Positions 10,050 to 19,831 are shown, counted from the first letter of the stretch. The stretch is 64,000 nucleotides of DNA from an uncultured Prevotella sp. (GCA_937877595.1 CALFIY010000042.1:1062-65061), one strand, 5' to 3'. The notes: a model not told the origin generated them from the sequence alone. Made by a program: numbers and translations.

Positions 10050-11825
10050 ATGAAAATCAAGAATATAAAACTGATAGCCGCCGCAATGCTCGTAGCCATG
10101 GGCACGGCATCGTGCGATGATTTTCTGGATCGCCCCGTAGAGGACAGTTACAATACTGAGAACTTCTACACCGACGACGCATCGTGCATCAGTGGCGTCA
10201 ACTATCTTTACAACTCGCCTTGGTACGATTTCCAGCGCGGTTTCATAAAGATTGGTGAAGTAATGTCGGGTAACATGTACTGGGGTTCAAGTCCTTACCT
10301 GAACTTCTCAGTGAACGGTACCGACGAGGACCTTGTCAACATGTCTTATTCGCTGTGGGCTGTCATCGGACACTCCAACACCGTGTACAACTCCATTAAG
10401 GATTCCGACGCATCGCCTACGGTGAAGAACCAGTGCATGGGCGAATGTCTCACATGGAAGGCTATGGCCTACTTCTTCCTTGTCCGCACCTTCGGCGACG
10501 TGCCCATCGTTCACGACAATGAGCCGATCATTGCCGACGGTTCTTACAACTCACTTCAGAAAGTACGTCGCGCCGACGTTTATGAGTATATTCTCATGAC
10601 GCTTGAGAAAGCCATGGAACTGCTTCCTCATGAGAAGAGCAGCACCGGTCGTATCGACTACTACGGCGCTCGCGGCCTCTATGCCAAGGTGTTGCTGACA
10701 GCAGCCGGTGTTTCCGGCTCACTCAGCAGCGACTACCTGCAGCGCGCTTCTGCCGCATCGCTTGATGTCATCCAGAATTCCGGCCGCAAACTCTTGGAGA
10801 ACTACGAAGACATCTTCCGCGGTTCCAACAATGTCAGCGACGAGAGCCTTATCGCATGGCGCTGGACTGTCGGTGCACACTGGACATGCCAGAACACACA
10901 GCAGAGCGACCTTATGCCTCAGGGCTTCGACGAGTACGGCGACTGCTGGGGCGGCTGGGGTGGCCCATCCTACGATCTGGAGCGTGCTTTCGGCTATGAT
11001 GTCACAGAAAATCCGTCTGCTCGCATAGAGACCGACGTTCGCCGCAAGGCTACCATGATGGGTGCCGGCGACACCTACGAGTATTTCTGGCGTGACCACG
11101 ATCTTGGCAACGGCAAGAAAGGTCTTGACATCCTGAAGTTCTACTACGACAAGGATTACAACGAGGCTGCTCCTGGCCAGTTCCAGGGCCCATGCGGTGT
11201 GCAGAACGTGAAGCACGCCTATGGCAACGAAGCCGACCACCAGGCAGAATGTGGTATGTCTGCCGGTCGTATGGCTTACGCCGTGGCTACCCACATCCTG
11301 CGCCTTGCTGATGTCTACCTGGTACATGCCGAGGCAGAAGTCCTGCTTGGCAACACCACCAGCCAGACTGCCCTTGATGCATTCAACGCTGTTCGCGGCC
11401 GTTCAGACAATGCTGCTGTCGACAAGACCGTTCTCACTTTCGACGACATCTGGAAGGAGCGCCGTCTGGAACTTGCTGGCGAGGGTGACCGCTGGTACGA
11501 CTACGTTCGCCGCAGTTACTACGACGTCGACGCTTGTATTGCCGACCTGAAGCAGCAGAACCGCGGTGCCGTATGGAACTGCGATGGTGCTTACAAGGCA
11601 TATTTCGAGTCCGATGGTGCTACATGGGACACGACAGACATACAATATGAAGACGCAGCAGATGCAGAAGGAAAGACTCCACGCACCACAGGCACCAACA
11701 GCCTCAATGTCACCAAGGCCAGTTTCACCCTGCCTTATCCGACTGAGGACGTAGCCCTGAACCCCAACCTCGGCAGCAACGTCACACCTGTCTCGGTCAA
11801 CGTGCGCACTGAGTACGCCTACTAA
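10050..11825 (+). CDS. susD: SusD/RagB-family nutrient-binding lipoprotein
   Basis: Lipobox TAS-C-DDFLD, FFLVRTFGDVP, RLADVYLVHAEA, ERRLELAGEGDRWYD. Directly follows susC. Confidence 0.95.
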   Translation: MKIKNIKLIAAAMLVAMGTASCDDFLDRPVEDSYNTENFYTDDASCISGVNYLYNSPWYDFQRGFIKIGEVMSGNMYWGSSPYLNFSVNGTDEDLVNMSYSLWAVIGHSNTVYNSIKDSDASPTVKNQCMGECLTWKAMAYFFLVRTFGDVPIVHDNEPIIADGSYNSLQKVRRADVYEYILMTLEKAMELLPHEKSSTGRIDYYGARGLYAKVLLTAAGVSGSLSSDYLQRASAASLDVIQNSGRKLLENYEDIFRGSNNVSDESLIAWRWTVGAHWTCQNTQQSDLMPQGFDEYGDCWGGWGGPSYDLERAFGYDVTENPSARIETDVRRKATMMGAGDTYEYFWRDHDLGNGKKGLDILKFYYDKDYNEAAPGQFQGPCGVQNVKHAYGNEADHQAECGMSAGRMAYAVATHILRLADVYLVHAEAEVLLGNTTSQTALDAFNAVRGRSDNAAVDKTVLTFDDIWKERRLELAGEGDRWYDYVRRSYYDVDACIADLKQQNRGAVWNCDGAYKAYFESDGATWDTTDIQYEDAADAEGKTPRTTGTNSLNVTKASFTLPYPTEDVALNPNLGSNVTPVSVNVRTEYAY

Positions 11826-11860
11826 TTTGATGACAAACATTATATAACATAGACATAACA

Positions 11861-13231
11861 ATGAAAATGAACAATATATTCAAGAGCATCAGCCTTGCAA
11901 TGATGGCATGCCTCACACTGGCAACCACCTCTTGTAAGGATCAGCCCGACGCTTACGAGTCGACAGACGGTGTGCCTGTGGTGAGTTACATTCGCCCAGT
12001 GGCATTGGCATCGAGTGACTCTCTGCTCACGCAGGCTTCCATGGGTACTACGGTGTGCATCGTTGGCGACAATCTGCGCAGCATCGTACAACTTAGTTTC
12101 AACGACCAGCCTGCAGTACTGAACACCAGTTACATGACCGACCACACTCTTGTCGTCACCGTGCCTAACGAAATTCCAGGCACCGTAACCGACAAGATTT
12201 ACTTCTATACTGCCGACGGCAATCTGGCAACCTACAACTTCCACGTCATCATCCCTGCTCCTGTTGTGACCGCCATGTCCAACGAGTGGGCATCGGCTGG
12301 CGAAGAGGTGACACTGCGTGGCGACTACTTCCTCGACTATGCAGAGTTCCCGCTCACCGTGAAGTTTGGTTCAGACTACACCCTCGCGCGCGCGAACATT
12401 ATTGATATTAATAAGACGGCCATCCGTTTCACCATGCCCGATGATGTTCCCGTAGGCGAGAAGCCCGCTGTCACCTCTATCTACGGCACAGGCCAGGGCT
12501 CATTCCAGTACATGGACAAGCGCGGCATGCTGTTCGACTTCGACACGCCATGCTTCACCGGCACAGTGCTTGGCAACAACGGCTGGCACAACCGCGACAT
12601 TCTGACCGACGACACATCGCTCTCTGGCAACTACCTGCTGCTTGGTAACACCAAGATGGGCGATGACGGCGGCTGGAACGACGGTAACTTCTCGTTCGAG
12701 TACTGGTGCGGCGACTGGGAGGATCCTCAGGCTTACTCACAGCACCCACGTCTGTTCGATGTTGCCGACTTCAGCAACTACGAGGGACTTAACCTAAAGT
12801 TTGAGATCAACATCCCGAAAGACAACGCTTGGTCAGCCGCTCCTCTGCAGGTTTACTTCGGTAGCGTTAATCAGGTGACTATTTCTGCCGGCACCGACAT
12901 CTACGGCAACACCGTTCCTGGTGCCAACAACACCTTCTTCCACGAGCAGGGCAAGTTGAGCCGTGGCCTCTACATGCCATGGAAGGACGAGGCCAGTCTG
13001 CTGTATGACACAGATGGCAAGTGGCTTACCGTCACCATGCCGCTGTCAGACTTCGTATGGGACTGGGACGGCGCTAAGATTGGAAGCACACAGACCAGCG
13101 CTGCCGACTTTGCCAACTTCAACATGTTCGTGGTTCGCGGTGGCTACAACGACAAGAGTTCACTGCCCGTCGGTGTTGAGTGTACCCCAATTATCAAGAT
13201 TGACAACATCCGCGTTGTTCCTAACAAATAA
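11861..13231 (+). CDS. Surface glycan-binding lipoprotein (SGBP-B-like; Ig/IPT domains plus C-terminal binding domain)
   Basis: Lipobox TTS-C, two IPT/Ig-like segments, Trp-rich C-terminal domain ending IDNIRVVP. Position downstream of susD. Confidence 0.75.
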   Translation: MKMNNIFKSISLAMMACLTLATTSCKDQPDAYESTDGVPVVSYIRPVALASSDSLLTQASMGTTVCIVGDNLRSIVQLSFNDQPAVLNTSYMTDHTLVVTVPNEIPGTVTDKIYFYTADGNLATYNFHVIIPAPVVTAMSNEWASAGEEVTLRGDYFLDYAEFPLTVKFGSDYTLARANIIDINKTAIRFTMPDDVPVGEKPAVTSIYGTGQGSFQYMDKRGMLFDFDTPCFTGTVLGNNGWHNRDILTDDTSLSGNYLLLGNTKMGDDGGWNDGNFSFEYWCGDWEDPQAYSQHPRLFDVADFSNYEGLNLKFEINIPKDNAWSAAPLQVYFGSVNQVTISAGTDIYGNTVPGANNTFFHEQGKLSRGLYMPWKDEASLLYDTDGKWLTVTMPLSDFVWDWDGAKIGSTQTSAADFANFNMFVVRGGYNDKSSLPVGVECTPIIKIDNIRVVPNK

Positions 13232-13244
13232 AATGTAATCAGAT

Positions 13245-15704
13245 ATGAAAAACATCAAGAATATATTCACCCTGTTAGTGGTAGCCCTTGTGGGGCTATC
13301 GCTGGCAGCGTGCAGCGAGGACGACCTCGACACCAACCAGTATCAGGGTGGTGTTACGCTGAATGCCTACGGTCCTAACCCCGTGATGCGTGGCGGTCAG
13401 TTGCGCTTCCTGGGTAGCAACCTCGACCAGGTGGCTCGCGTTGTCATTCCCAGCGTCGACCCTATCACCAACATTCAGGTAGTACAGGCTGGCACGCCAA
13501 GCGAAATTCGCGTCACCGTTCCGAAAGACTATCCTACCCCTGGCCAAGTGACTCTCGTCACCTCCGGCGGTCAGCGCATTATCACCAAGACTGTGCTGAA
13601 CTTCATCGAGGGTGTTGAGATAACCAGCGTCACCGAGAGCGTTATGCCTGGCGACATCGTGAAGATTGAGGGCGACTATCTGAACCTCATCTACTCTCTT
13701 GCATTTGCCGATGGTGTTGTTGTTGGCGAAAGCGATTTCGTAAGCCACGACCGCTATGCCATTGAGGTGCGCGTTCCCGACGAGGCAAAGACAGGCAAAC
13801 TCGAACTCTACACTGCCGACCTCACCGTTGTCGATCCCACCAGCACAGAGTATCAGATCATCCAGACCGAGCAGGCCGTGGAGATTGGTCTGCCTACCGT
13901 CAGCAAGGTTAAGGGCCGCGCCGAGGTTGATGCTCTCAACGCCATCACCGCAAAGGCTGGCGAGACTATCACCATCACCGGTACCTACTTCAACGTAGCA
14001 AAGTCGGTCAAGGTAGGCGGCACTGAGGTAACAGCCATCACTGTTTCCGACGATGCCAAGACCATCACCTTCGCCCTTCCTGCTGCTGCTCCCGACGGCG
14101 ACATTGTCATCATCACCAAGTCTGACATCGAGGTTCCCGTTGGTACCATCACCACCGTCAAGCCAAGCAATGCCGTTGCCGCTCCTGCTCCTGTCAAGGC
14201 TGGTGCCCAACTCACCATAACAGGTCAGGACATGGATGTTGTTACAAGCGTTGAGTTCCCCGGTGCTAACGCACTCTCCGGCGATGCCATCACCGTAGCA
14301 GCCGACAAGGTTGTGGTGAACGCCGTTCCCGAGACAGCCACTGCAGGCAACCTGAAACTCATCATGGCCAACGGTGCAAGCATTGAGGTGCCATTCACTC
14401 TCGTTCTTCCTACCGTTACAGCCTACAGCGCCAATCCTGTTAGCGCCGGTGCCGAACTTCAGATTACCGGTACCGACCTCGACCTTGTGAAGAGCATTGC
14501 CTTCGGAACTGGTGTGGCTACTATCGCAGAGGGTAACGTCTCTGCCGATGGCACCACCATCACTGTCACCGTTCCTATGGATGCCCAGAGCGGCAAGCCT
14601 GTGTTCACCCTTGCCAACAATGACAAGGTTGAGGGCGCCGAACTCACTGTCGAAGAGGCTAAGTTCTGCTATGCTGTAGCACTGCCCACTGCCGACGACG
14701 AAGCCAAGGCTGGCCAGAGCATGACTGTCACCGTAGCCAATGGCGACAAACTCACCGCTGTTCAGATAGACGGCAATGACTGCCAGTGGATTCTCACAGG
14801 CGAGGACAAGAACCAACTCATCATCGGCATTCCTGAGACTGCCGGTCAGAGGTCTAAGTTGCGCCTCGTTTCGTCGAACGGCGAGATTACCTACGATGTT
14901 GCCATTATTCCTGCCACCTCTGTCAGCAAGACTATTTGGAGCGGACTTCTCCAGATTACATGGGGTGACGGCGGCCGCGTCATGGTACCTGCCTCTGCAT
15001 TTGAAGGTGTTCCTGCCGGAGCCATCCTTACCTTTGCCTACACACAGGTACAAGATCAGTGGGATCAGGCCCAGATAAACTACGGCAACTGGAGCGGCAT
15101 CAACTTCACCGAAGGTGGTGAGGGCGTTGTGACATTCAACGGCAAACTCGTTCCTACAGATATCTACGGCTGGTTCAGCGACGGCATTCTCAACCGCGAG
15201 ACATCCGTGATACTCACTCAGGAGATTCTTGACAACATCCAGGCCAACAAGGGCAACTGCGAAGACCAGACCGACTGCGGTATCATCATCCAGGGCTCGG
15301 GTCTGACATTCTCAAAGATCACCATTGCCTGGGAGAACTCGCTCGACATCGACCTTTGGAAGGGTTCGCTCGGTCCTACCAACTGGAATGGCGACAAGAC
15401 TATTCCTCTGACCGATGAGATAAAGGCCGAACTCATTGCCGGCCGCACCATGGGTATCGACTTCGTATGCGATGCCGACGGCGGACAGGTAGAGATTTGC
15501 GGTGCTTGGTGGACAGGTCTTGAAGGACCTAAGGATGTTTACGGTCGCGACACTGACAATCGCGCCATTATGAACTTCTCTGCTGCCGACACCAACTTTG
15601 AGTGGACTCTGACACAGGGCGACATCGACATTCTGGTCAATCAGGGTGCCATCCTCTTCGTTGGCAACGGCGGTCTGACCATCACTCGCTGGTATGTTCG
15701 CTAA
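13245..15704 (+). CDS. Large surface lipoprotein with multiple IPT/TIG repeats and Trp-rich C-terminal domains (putative glycan-binding protein)
   Basis: Lipobox LAA-C-SEDD, repeated AGxxLTITGxxLDxVxSIxF Ig-like units, no recognisable catalytic motif. Confidence 0.7.
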   Translation: MKNIKNIFTLLVVALVGLSLAACSEDDLDTNQYQGGVTLNAYGPNPVMRGGQLRFLGSNLDQVARVVIPSVDPITNIQVVQAGTPSEIRVTVPKDYPTPGQVTLVTSGGQRIITKTVLNFIEGVEITSVTESVMPGDIVKIEGDYLNLIYSLAFADGVVVGESDFVSHDRYAIEVRVPDEAKTGKLELYTADLTVVDPTSTEYQIIQTEQAVEIGLPTVSKVKGRAEVDALNAITAKAGETITITGTYFNVAKSVKVGGTEVTAITVSDDAKTITFALPAAAPDGDIVIITKSDIEVPVGTITTVKPSNAVAAPAPVKAGAQLTITGQDMDVVTSVEFPGANALSGDAITVAADKVVVNAVPETATAGNLKLIMANGASIEVPFTLVLPTVTAYSANPVSAGAELQITGTDLDLVKSIAFGTGVATIAEGNVSADGTTITVTVPMDAQSGKPVFTLANNDKVEGAELTVEEAKFCYAVALPTADDEAKAGQSMTVTVANGDKLTAVQIDGNDCQWILTGEDKNQLIIGIPETAGQRSKLRLVSSNGEITYDVAIIPATSVSKTIWSGLLQITWGDGGRVMVPASAFEGVPAGAILTFAYTQVQDQWDQAQINYGNWSGINFTEGGEGVVTFNGKLVPTDIYGWFSDGILNRETSVILTQEILDNIQANKGNCEDQTDCGIIIQGSGLTFSKITIAWENSLDIDLWKGSLGPTNWNGDKTIPLTDEIKAELIAGRTMGIDFVCDADGGQVEICGAWWTGLEGPKDVYGRDTDNRAIMNFSAADTNFEWTLTQGDIDILVNQGAILFVGNGGLTITRWYVR

Positions 15705-15745
15705 TACCACGAACATTCTGCACCTCGCGTGCAGAACAATACAAC

Positions 15746-15780
15746 ACAAAAGAGCGCTAATTCGATTAGCGCTCTTTTGT
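15746..15780. terminator. Intrinsic (probably bidirectional) terminator after the susC operon
   Basis: Perfect inverted repeat ACAAAAGAGCGCTAAT-tcg-ATTAGCGCTCTTTTGT. Confidence 0.85.
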
Positions 15781-15842
15781 TATGCTTTCATTACGCAAAA
15801 ACAAGATAGAAACAAAACTATTTAATATATAGCAACGCCACT

Positions 15843-15952
15843 GCTGTTTTAATTTTTGCCAGCGCTGTTTTAATTTTTGCCAGCGCTGTTTTAATTTTTA
15901 AAAACACAGCTGTAATTTTTTTAAACACAGCTGTAATTTTTAAAAACACAGC
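15843..15952. repeat. Tandem array of about 5 units of a 21-bp repeat (copy A)
   Basis: GCTGTTTTAATTTTTGCCAGC twice, GCTGTTTTAATTTTTAAAAAC, then two ACAGCTGTAATTTTT(T/A)(T/A)AAAC units in register. Confidence 0.9.
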
Positions 15953-15997
15953 AAAAAAAAGAGCCACAAGAGACGCCACAACGGACGCCCAGTGTTA

Positions 15998-17632
15998 TCA
16001 CTCCCACTCTATCGTTGCTGGTGGTTTTGAGGAGATGTCGTAGCAGACGCGGTTAACGCCGCGCACCTTGTTGATTATCTCGTTGGAAACTTTAGCCATT
16101 AAGTCGTAAGGCAGGTGCGCCCAGTCTGCAGTCATGGCATCGCTGCTGGTCACAGCACGCAGTGCGACAGGATTTTCGTACGTTCGCTCATCGCCCATAA
16201 CGCCTACGGAACGCACCGTAGACAGAAGCACGGCGCCAGCCTGCCATACTTGGTCGTAGAGCGACACTTCTATCTCGCCGTCGTTCATATCGGCAGGCAC
16301 TCCGGCGGCAAGCACTCGTCGCGCCTCTTCGCCGCTGAGTTTCACCTTGTATTCGCGCAGTCCGCGGATGAAGATGTCGTCGGCATCCTGCAATACGCTG
16401 ACCTTCTCGGGCGTGATGTCGCCCAGTATGCGCACGGCAAGTCCCGGTCCGGGGAAAGGATGGCGCGTGATGAGATGCTCGGGCATGTCCATCTGGCGGC
16501 CCACTCTTCTCACCTCGTCCTTGAAGAGCCATTTCAGCGGTTCGCAGAGTTGCAGATGCATCTCTTTCGGCAGTCCGCCCACGTTGTGATGGCTCTTTAT
16601 TACCTTGCCGGTAATGTTGAGACTCTCGATGCGGTCGGGATAGATAGTGCCCTGCGCCAGCCAGCGTGCGTCGGTAATCTTGCGCGCCTCGGCATTGAAC
16701 ACCTCAACAAAGTCGCGGCCTATTATCTTTCGTTTCTGCTCCGGATCGCTCACACCCTTAAGGTCTGTGAAGAACTTCTCCGAGGCATCCACGCCGATAA
16801 CGTTCAGTCCGAGCACCTTGTAGTCGTCCATAACCTGGCGGAACTCATTCTTGCGCAGCATGCCGTGGTCTACGAAGATACACGTCAGGCGGTCGCCGAT
16901 GGCCTTGTTGAGCAACACGGCAGCCACGCTGCTGTCCACTCCGCCCGACAGACCCAGAATGACGCGGTCGTCGCCTATCTGCTGTTTCAGTTCTGCCACG
17001 GTTGTATCAACAAACGAGGCAGCACTCCACTCCTGGCGCGAGCCGCATATGTCGACAACGAAATTGCGCAGCAGTTGCGTGCCCTGGACGGTGTGGAACA
17101 CCTCCGGATGGAACTGCACGGCAAAGACCGGACACCCGTCGCCCTCCTTCCCCGTGGGGGATGGAGCATAATAGGCGGCGTTCTTCACATCACGCGTAGA
17201 CCCAATCACCTTGAAGCCGTCGGGAATGGCAGTAATTGTGTCGCCGTGGCTCATCCATACCTGCGAATTTGGCTCAAAGCCCTTAAACAGCGGATTGGCC
17301 GTGTCGACTGTCTGCAGGTGAGCACGCCCGTATTCGCGCGAGTCGGCTTTCTCCACCTTGCCTCCCAGTGTGTGCGAAATGTACTGTGCCCCGTAGCAGA
17401 TGCCAAGCACCGGCACGCGACCCATAAACTGCGACAGGTCTACGCGGAATGCCTCCGGGTCGTGCACGGAGAATGGCGAGCCAGAGAGTATCACTCCTAT
17501 CACCGACTCGTCGTCCCTCGGAAACTTGTTGTACGGCAAGATTTCGCAGAACGTGTCCAACTCACGCACGCGGCGTCCTATCAGTTGTGTCGTCTGCGAA
17601 CCGAAGTCAAGGATTATTATCTTCTGTTGCAT
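15998..17632 (-). CDS. guaA: GMP synthase (glutamine-hydrolysing)
   Basis: [47 protein letters not shown]. Confidence 0.98.
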   Translation of the reverse strand: MQQKIIILDFGSQTTQLIGRRVRELDTFCEILPYNKFPRDDESVIGVILSGSPFSVHDPEAFRVDLSQFMGRVPVLGICYGAQYISHTLGGKVEKADSREYGRAHLQTVDTANPLFKGFEPNSQVWMSHGDTITAIPDGFKVIGSTRDVKNAAYYAPSPTGKEGDGCPVFAVQFHPEVFHTVQGTQLLRNFVVDICGSRQEWSAASFVDTTVAELKQQIGDDRVILGLSGGVDSSVAAVLLNKAIGDRLTCIFVDHGMLRKNEFRQVMDDYKVLGLNVIGVDASEKFFTDLKGVSDPEQKRKIIGRDFVEVFNAEARKITDARWLAQGTIYPDRIESLNITGKVIKSHHNVGGLPKEMHLQLCEPLKWLFKDEVRRVGRQMDMPEHLITRHPFPGPGLAVRILGDITPEKVSVLQDADDIFIRGLREYKVKLSGEEARRVLAAGVPADMNDGEIEVSLYDQVWQAGAVLLSTVRSVGVMGDERTYENPVALRAVTSSDAMTADWAHLPYDLMAKVSNEIINKVRGVNRVCYDISSKPPATIEWE

Positions 17633-17640
17633 CCTATTTT

Positions 17641-17690
17641 TATTTTACTATTTGACGATTTACGATTATACTATTTACGATTTACAGATT
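17641..17690. repeat. Degenerate heptamer tandem repeat (TTTAC[G/T]A)
   Basis: tattttactatttgacgatttacgattatactatttacgatttacagatt fills the gap between the nucleotidyltransferase gene and guaA. Confidence 0.7.
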
Positions 17691-18471
17691 ATATGAAGTT
17701 TTCGGCTTGCTGCAGCGCCTCTGGTTTTCCGACGTCGAGCAGGTGCAGGTCGTCCTTCACGCATCCGAAGATACGCGCCCTGTGGCATGTACTGAGGTAG
17801 AAGTCTACAATGCTGAATTTTTCGTCGAAGCGTTCCATCAGCCTGAACAGGCGTGGCGAGAAACTGTGGATGCCGGAGAAAGCGAAAGCGTGAAGTTGAC
17901 CATTGACCATTGACCGTTGACCATTGAGCATTATTACGCGGAGGGAGTCGTCAAGGGTGAAGTCGGCTTCGCGCAGCCATGGGAAGGGCGACTTCACCTC
18001 GCCCGTCTTTACGTTTTTCCATCCCATCAGCCGCATTGCGCTGTCGAAGAGCAGATAGCGCGATGTCTTTCTGCGGCTCACGAGAAGCACGGCGTCTTCA
18101 TCGCCCTGATGCTGGCGCGCAAACCATTCGTAGTCGACATTGTCCAGTATGTCTACATTGTGCAGCAGTATCGGACTGTCGCTGTCGAACAAGTCCTGCG
18201 CATGGCGCAGTCCGCCGCCTGTGTCAAGCAGCATCTGCCTCTCGTCGCTTATCAGTACGTCAGGGTGGAAAATCCGGAGATGGCTCTCAAGTTGCACGGC
18301 ATGGTGGTGCACGTTGACCACCAGTCGCTCATATCCCGCAACTTGCAATTTATCTATCAGCAGGTCGACAAGTGTGCGTCCGCCCACGCTGACAAGAGCC
18401 TTTGGGATGCTGTCGGTCAGCGGTCGCAGCCGCGTGCCAAGCCCGGCAGCAAAGATCATGGCTTGTTTCAT
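17689..18471 (-). CDS. Sugar-phosphate nucleotidyltransferase (MurU-like NTP_transferase family)
   Basis: MKQAMIFAAGLGTRLRPLTD..PKAL, LLDTGGGL, HNVDIL, DVGKPEAL. Start moved to ATG 18471 because the upstream in-frame part contains the promoter. Confidence 0.85.
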   Translation of the reverse strand: MKQAMIFAAGLGTRLRPLTDSIPKALVSVGGRTLVDLLIDKLQVAGYERLVVNVHHHAVQLESHLRIFHPDVLISDERQMLLDTGGGLRHAQDLFDSDSPILLHNVDILDNVDYEWFARQHQGDEDAVLLVSRRKTSRYLLFDSAMRLMGWKNVKTGEVKSPFPWLREADFTLDDSLRVIMLNGQRSMVNGQLHAFAFSGIHSFSPRLFRLMERFDEKFSIVDFYLSTCHRARIFGCVKDDLHLLDVGKPEALQQAENFI

Positions 18472-18544
18472 GTCTGCAAAAATACATAAAAAAATGAGCA
18501 GAACAAAAATTCTGCCCATCTTCTACCATTATTCGCCGTCTTTT

Positions 18545-18991
18545 TTACTTCCTGCGTGGACCGCGCTTCTCACGGTCGGCTTTATAAGCCTTCAACTGGT
18601 CCTCGGTAAGTATCTTAGAGAGTTCAGCATCGTAGGCTTCAATCACTGCCTTGCGCTCCTCGCGCTGCTTCTTCATCTGCTCGCGCTGCTCGTCGGTGGG
18701 CTGCTGCTTCTGAGCGCTGTCAGGACGCTGGCGCATGTCCTGTCTGTCGCCGCCACCACGACGTCCGCCGCGTGGGCCGGGGCCCATCTTGTCGGCATAT
18801 TTCTCGTTGAGAGCCTGCAGTTGCTGAGCCTGAGTGTCGTTCAGTCCGTAGCGCTTCACTGCGTCGTCAGTGCGCTTCTTTATCATCTCGGTCTTGTCCA
18901 TTTTGGGGCGCTCGGGGCGCTTTTCGTCTTGTGCCAGGGCTGTGGTGCTGAATAATATGGCGAGAGCCATCATGCTGACAATCTTCTTCAT
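18545..18991 (-). CDS. Exported helical protein, DUF4890 / Spy-CpxP-like
   Basis: Signal peptide (ALA-Q), YGLNDTQ and ILTEDQ LTxxQ-type motifs, charged low-complexity sequence. Confidence 0.7.
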   Translation of the reverse strand: MKKIVSMMALAILFSTTALAQDEKRPERPKMDKTEMIKKRTDDAVKRYGLNDTQAQQLQALNEKYADKMGPGPRGGRRGGGDRQDMRQRPDSAQKQQPTDEQREQMKKQREERKAVIEAYDAELSKILTEDQLKAYKADREKRGPRRK

Positions 18992-19156
18992 AATCTTTCT
19001 GTTTTTGTAGTTAATAATTCTATTCTGTTTTAACGCTGCGTTCTGTCTCTATGACGACAGCACACTTGAAAAGTTTAACCCGAAAGCCAAAAAATTTTTT
19101 CAAAACGTCATTTTTTCCTTTTTTTCACTATCTTTGTGCTCTACAACGCCCTTTTG

Positions 19157-19831
19157 ATGCGACACATACTACTCTTTATCTTCGCGGCAGTGCTTGCGGC
19201 ATGTCATGACGGCAGCGAGAGCCGCAATGACGGCATCACGCAGTCTGTCGGCACCGACTCGCTTCCCTCGCTTGTCATCCAGATACAGCAGTGCTCGCGT
19301 ATCTACACCACCGAATACCATATTCATAAGATTATCACCCATGACGACGTGCTGCGCCTGCGTGGCAACATCATGGGCCGCAATGTGAACATTCCCCTAT
19401 CCATTGGCGACCGCAAGATAGCCATTCCGATGGATGCCACGCTCAAGGCGTATGTCGACATGAGCCAGTTCTCAGAGCGCAATGTTGAGCGCCGCGACAG
19501 CATCATTATTATCACGCTGCCCGACCCACAGGTGGAACTCACCAGCACACGCATCGACCAGCAGAACATTCGCGAATACGTGGGCATTGTGCGCTCCCAT
19601 TTCTCCGATGCCGAGATGAGCAACTACGAACAGCAGGGACGGCAGGCCATCATCGAGAGCATCCCCGAGATGAACATCGTGGCCACTGCACAGCAGCATG
19701 CAGCACAAGTGCTCATCCCGCTGATACACCAGACGGGCTTTGCCGAGGAGAATATCATCATCCAGTTTCGCACAGACCTCACGCCTGTCGACCTCATCAA
19801 GCGCCTCATAACAGAGAAGAACAATGGATAA
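19157..19831 (+). CDS. DUF4230-family lipoprotein
   Basis: Lipobox LAA-C; RKIAIPMDATLKAYVD and IIITLPDP resemble DUF4230. Start ATG 19157 follows a TATCTTTG box at 19129-19136. Confidence 0.7.
   Translation: MRHILLFIFAAVLAACHDGSESRNDGITQSVGTDSLPSLVIQIQQCSRIYTTEYHIHKIITHDDVLRLRGNIMGRNVNIPLSIGDRKIAIPMDATLKAYVDMSQFSERNVERRDSIIIITLPDPQVELTSTRIDQQNIREYVGIVRSHFSDAEMSNYEQQGRQAIIESIPEMNIVATAQQHAAQVLIPLIHQTGFAEENIIIQFRTDLTPVDLIKRLITEKNNG

Noticed and set aside
13296..15053. 585-aa ORF on the - strand
   Set aside because: Antisense shadow of the Ig-repeat lipoprotein gene; no protein motifs, explained by codon bias.
15843..15952. 21-bp arrays as a CRISPR array
   Set aside because: Units are contiguous with no unique spacers, and no cas genes are present.
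16115..17800. 561-aa ORF on the + strand
   Set aside because: Antisense shadow of guaA.
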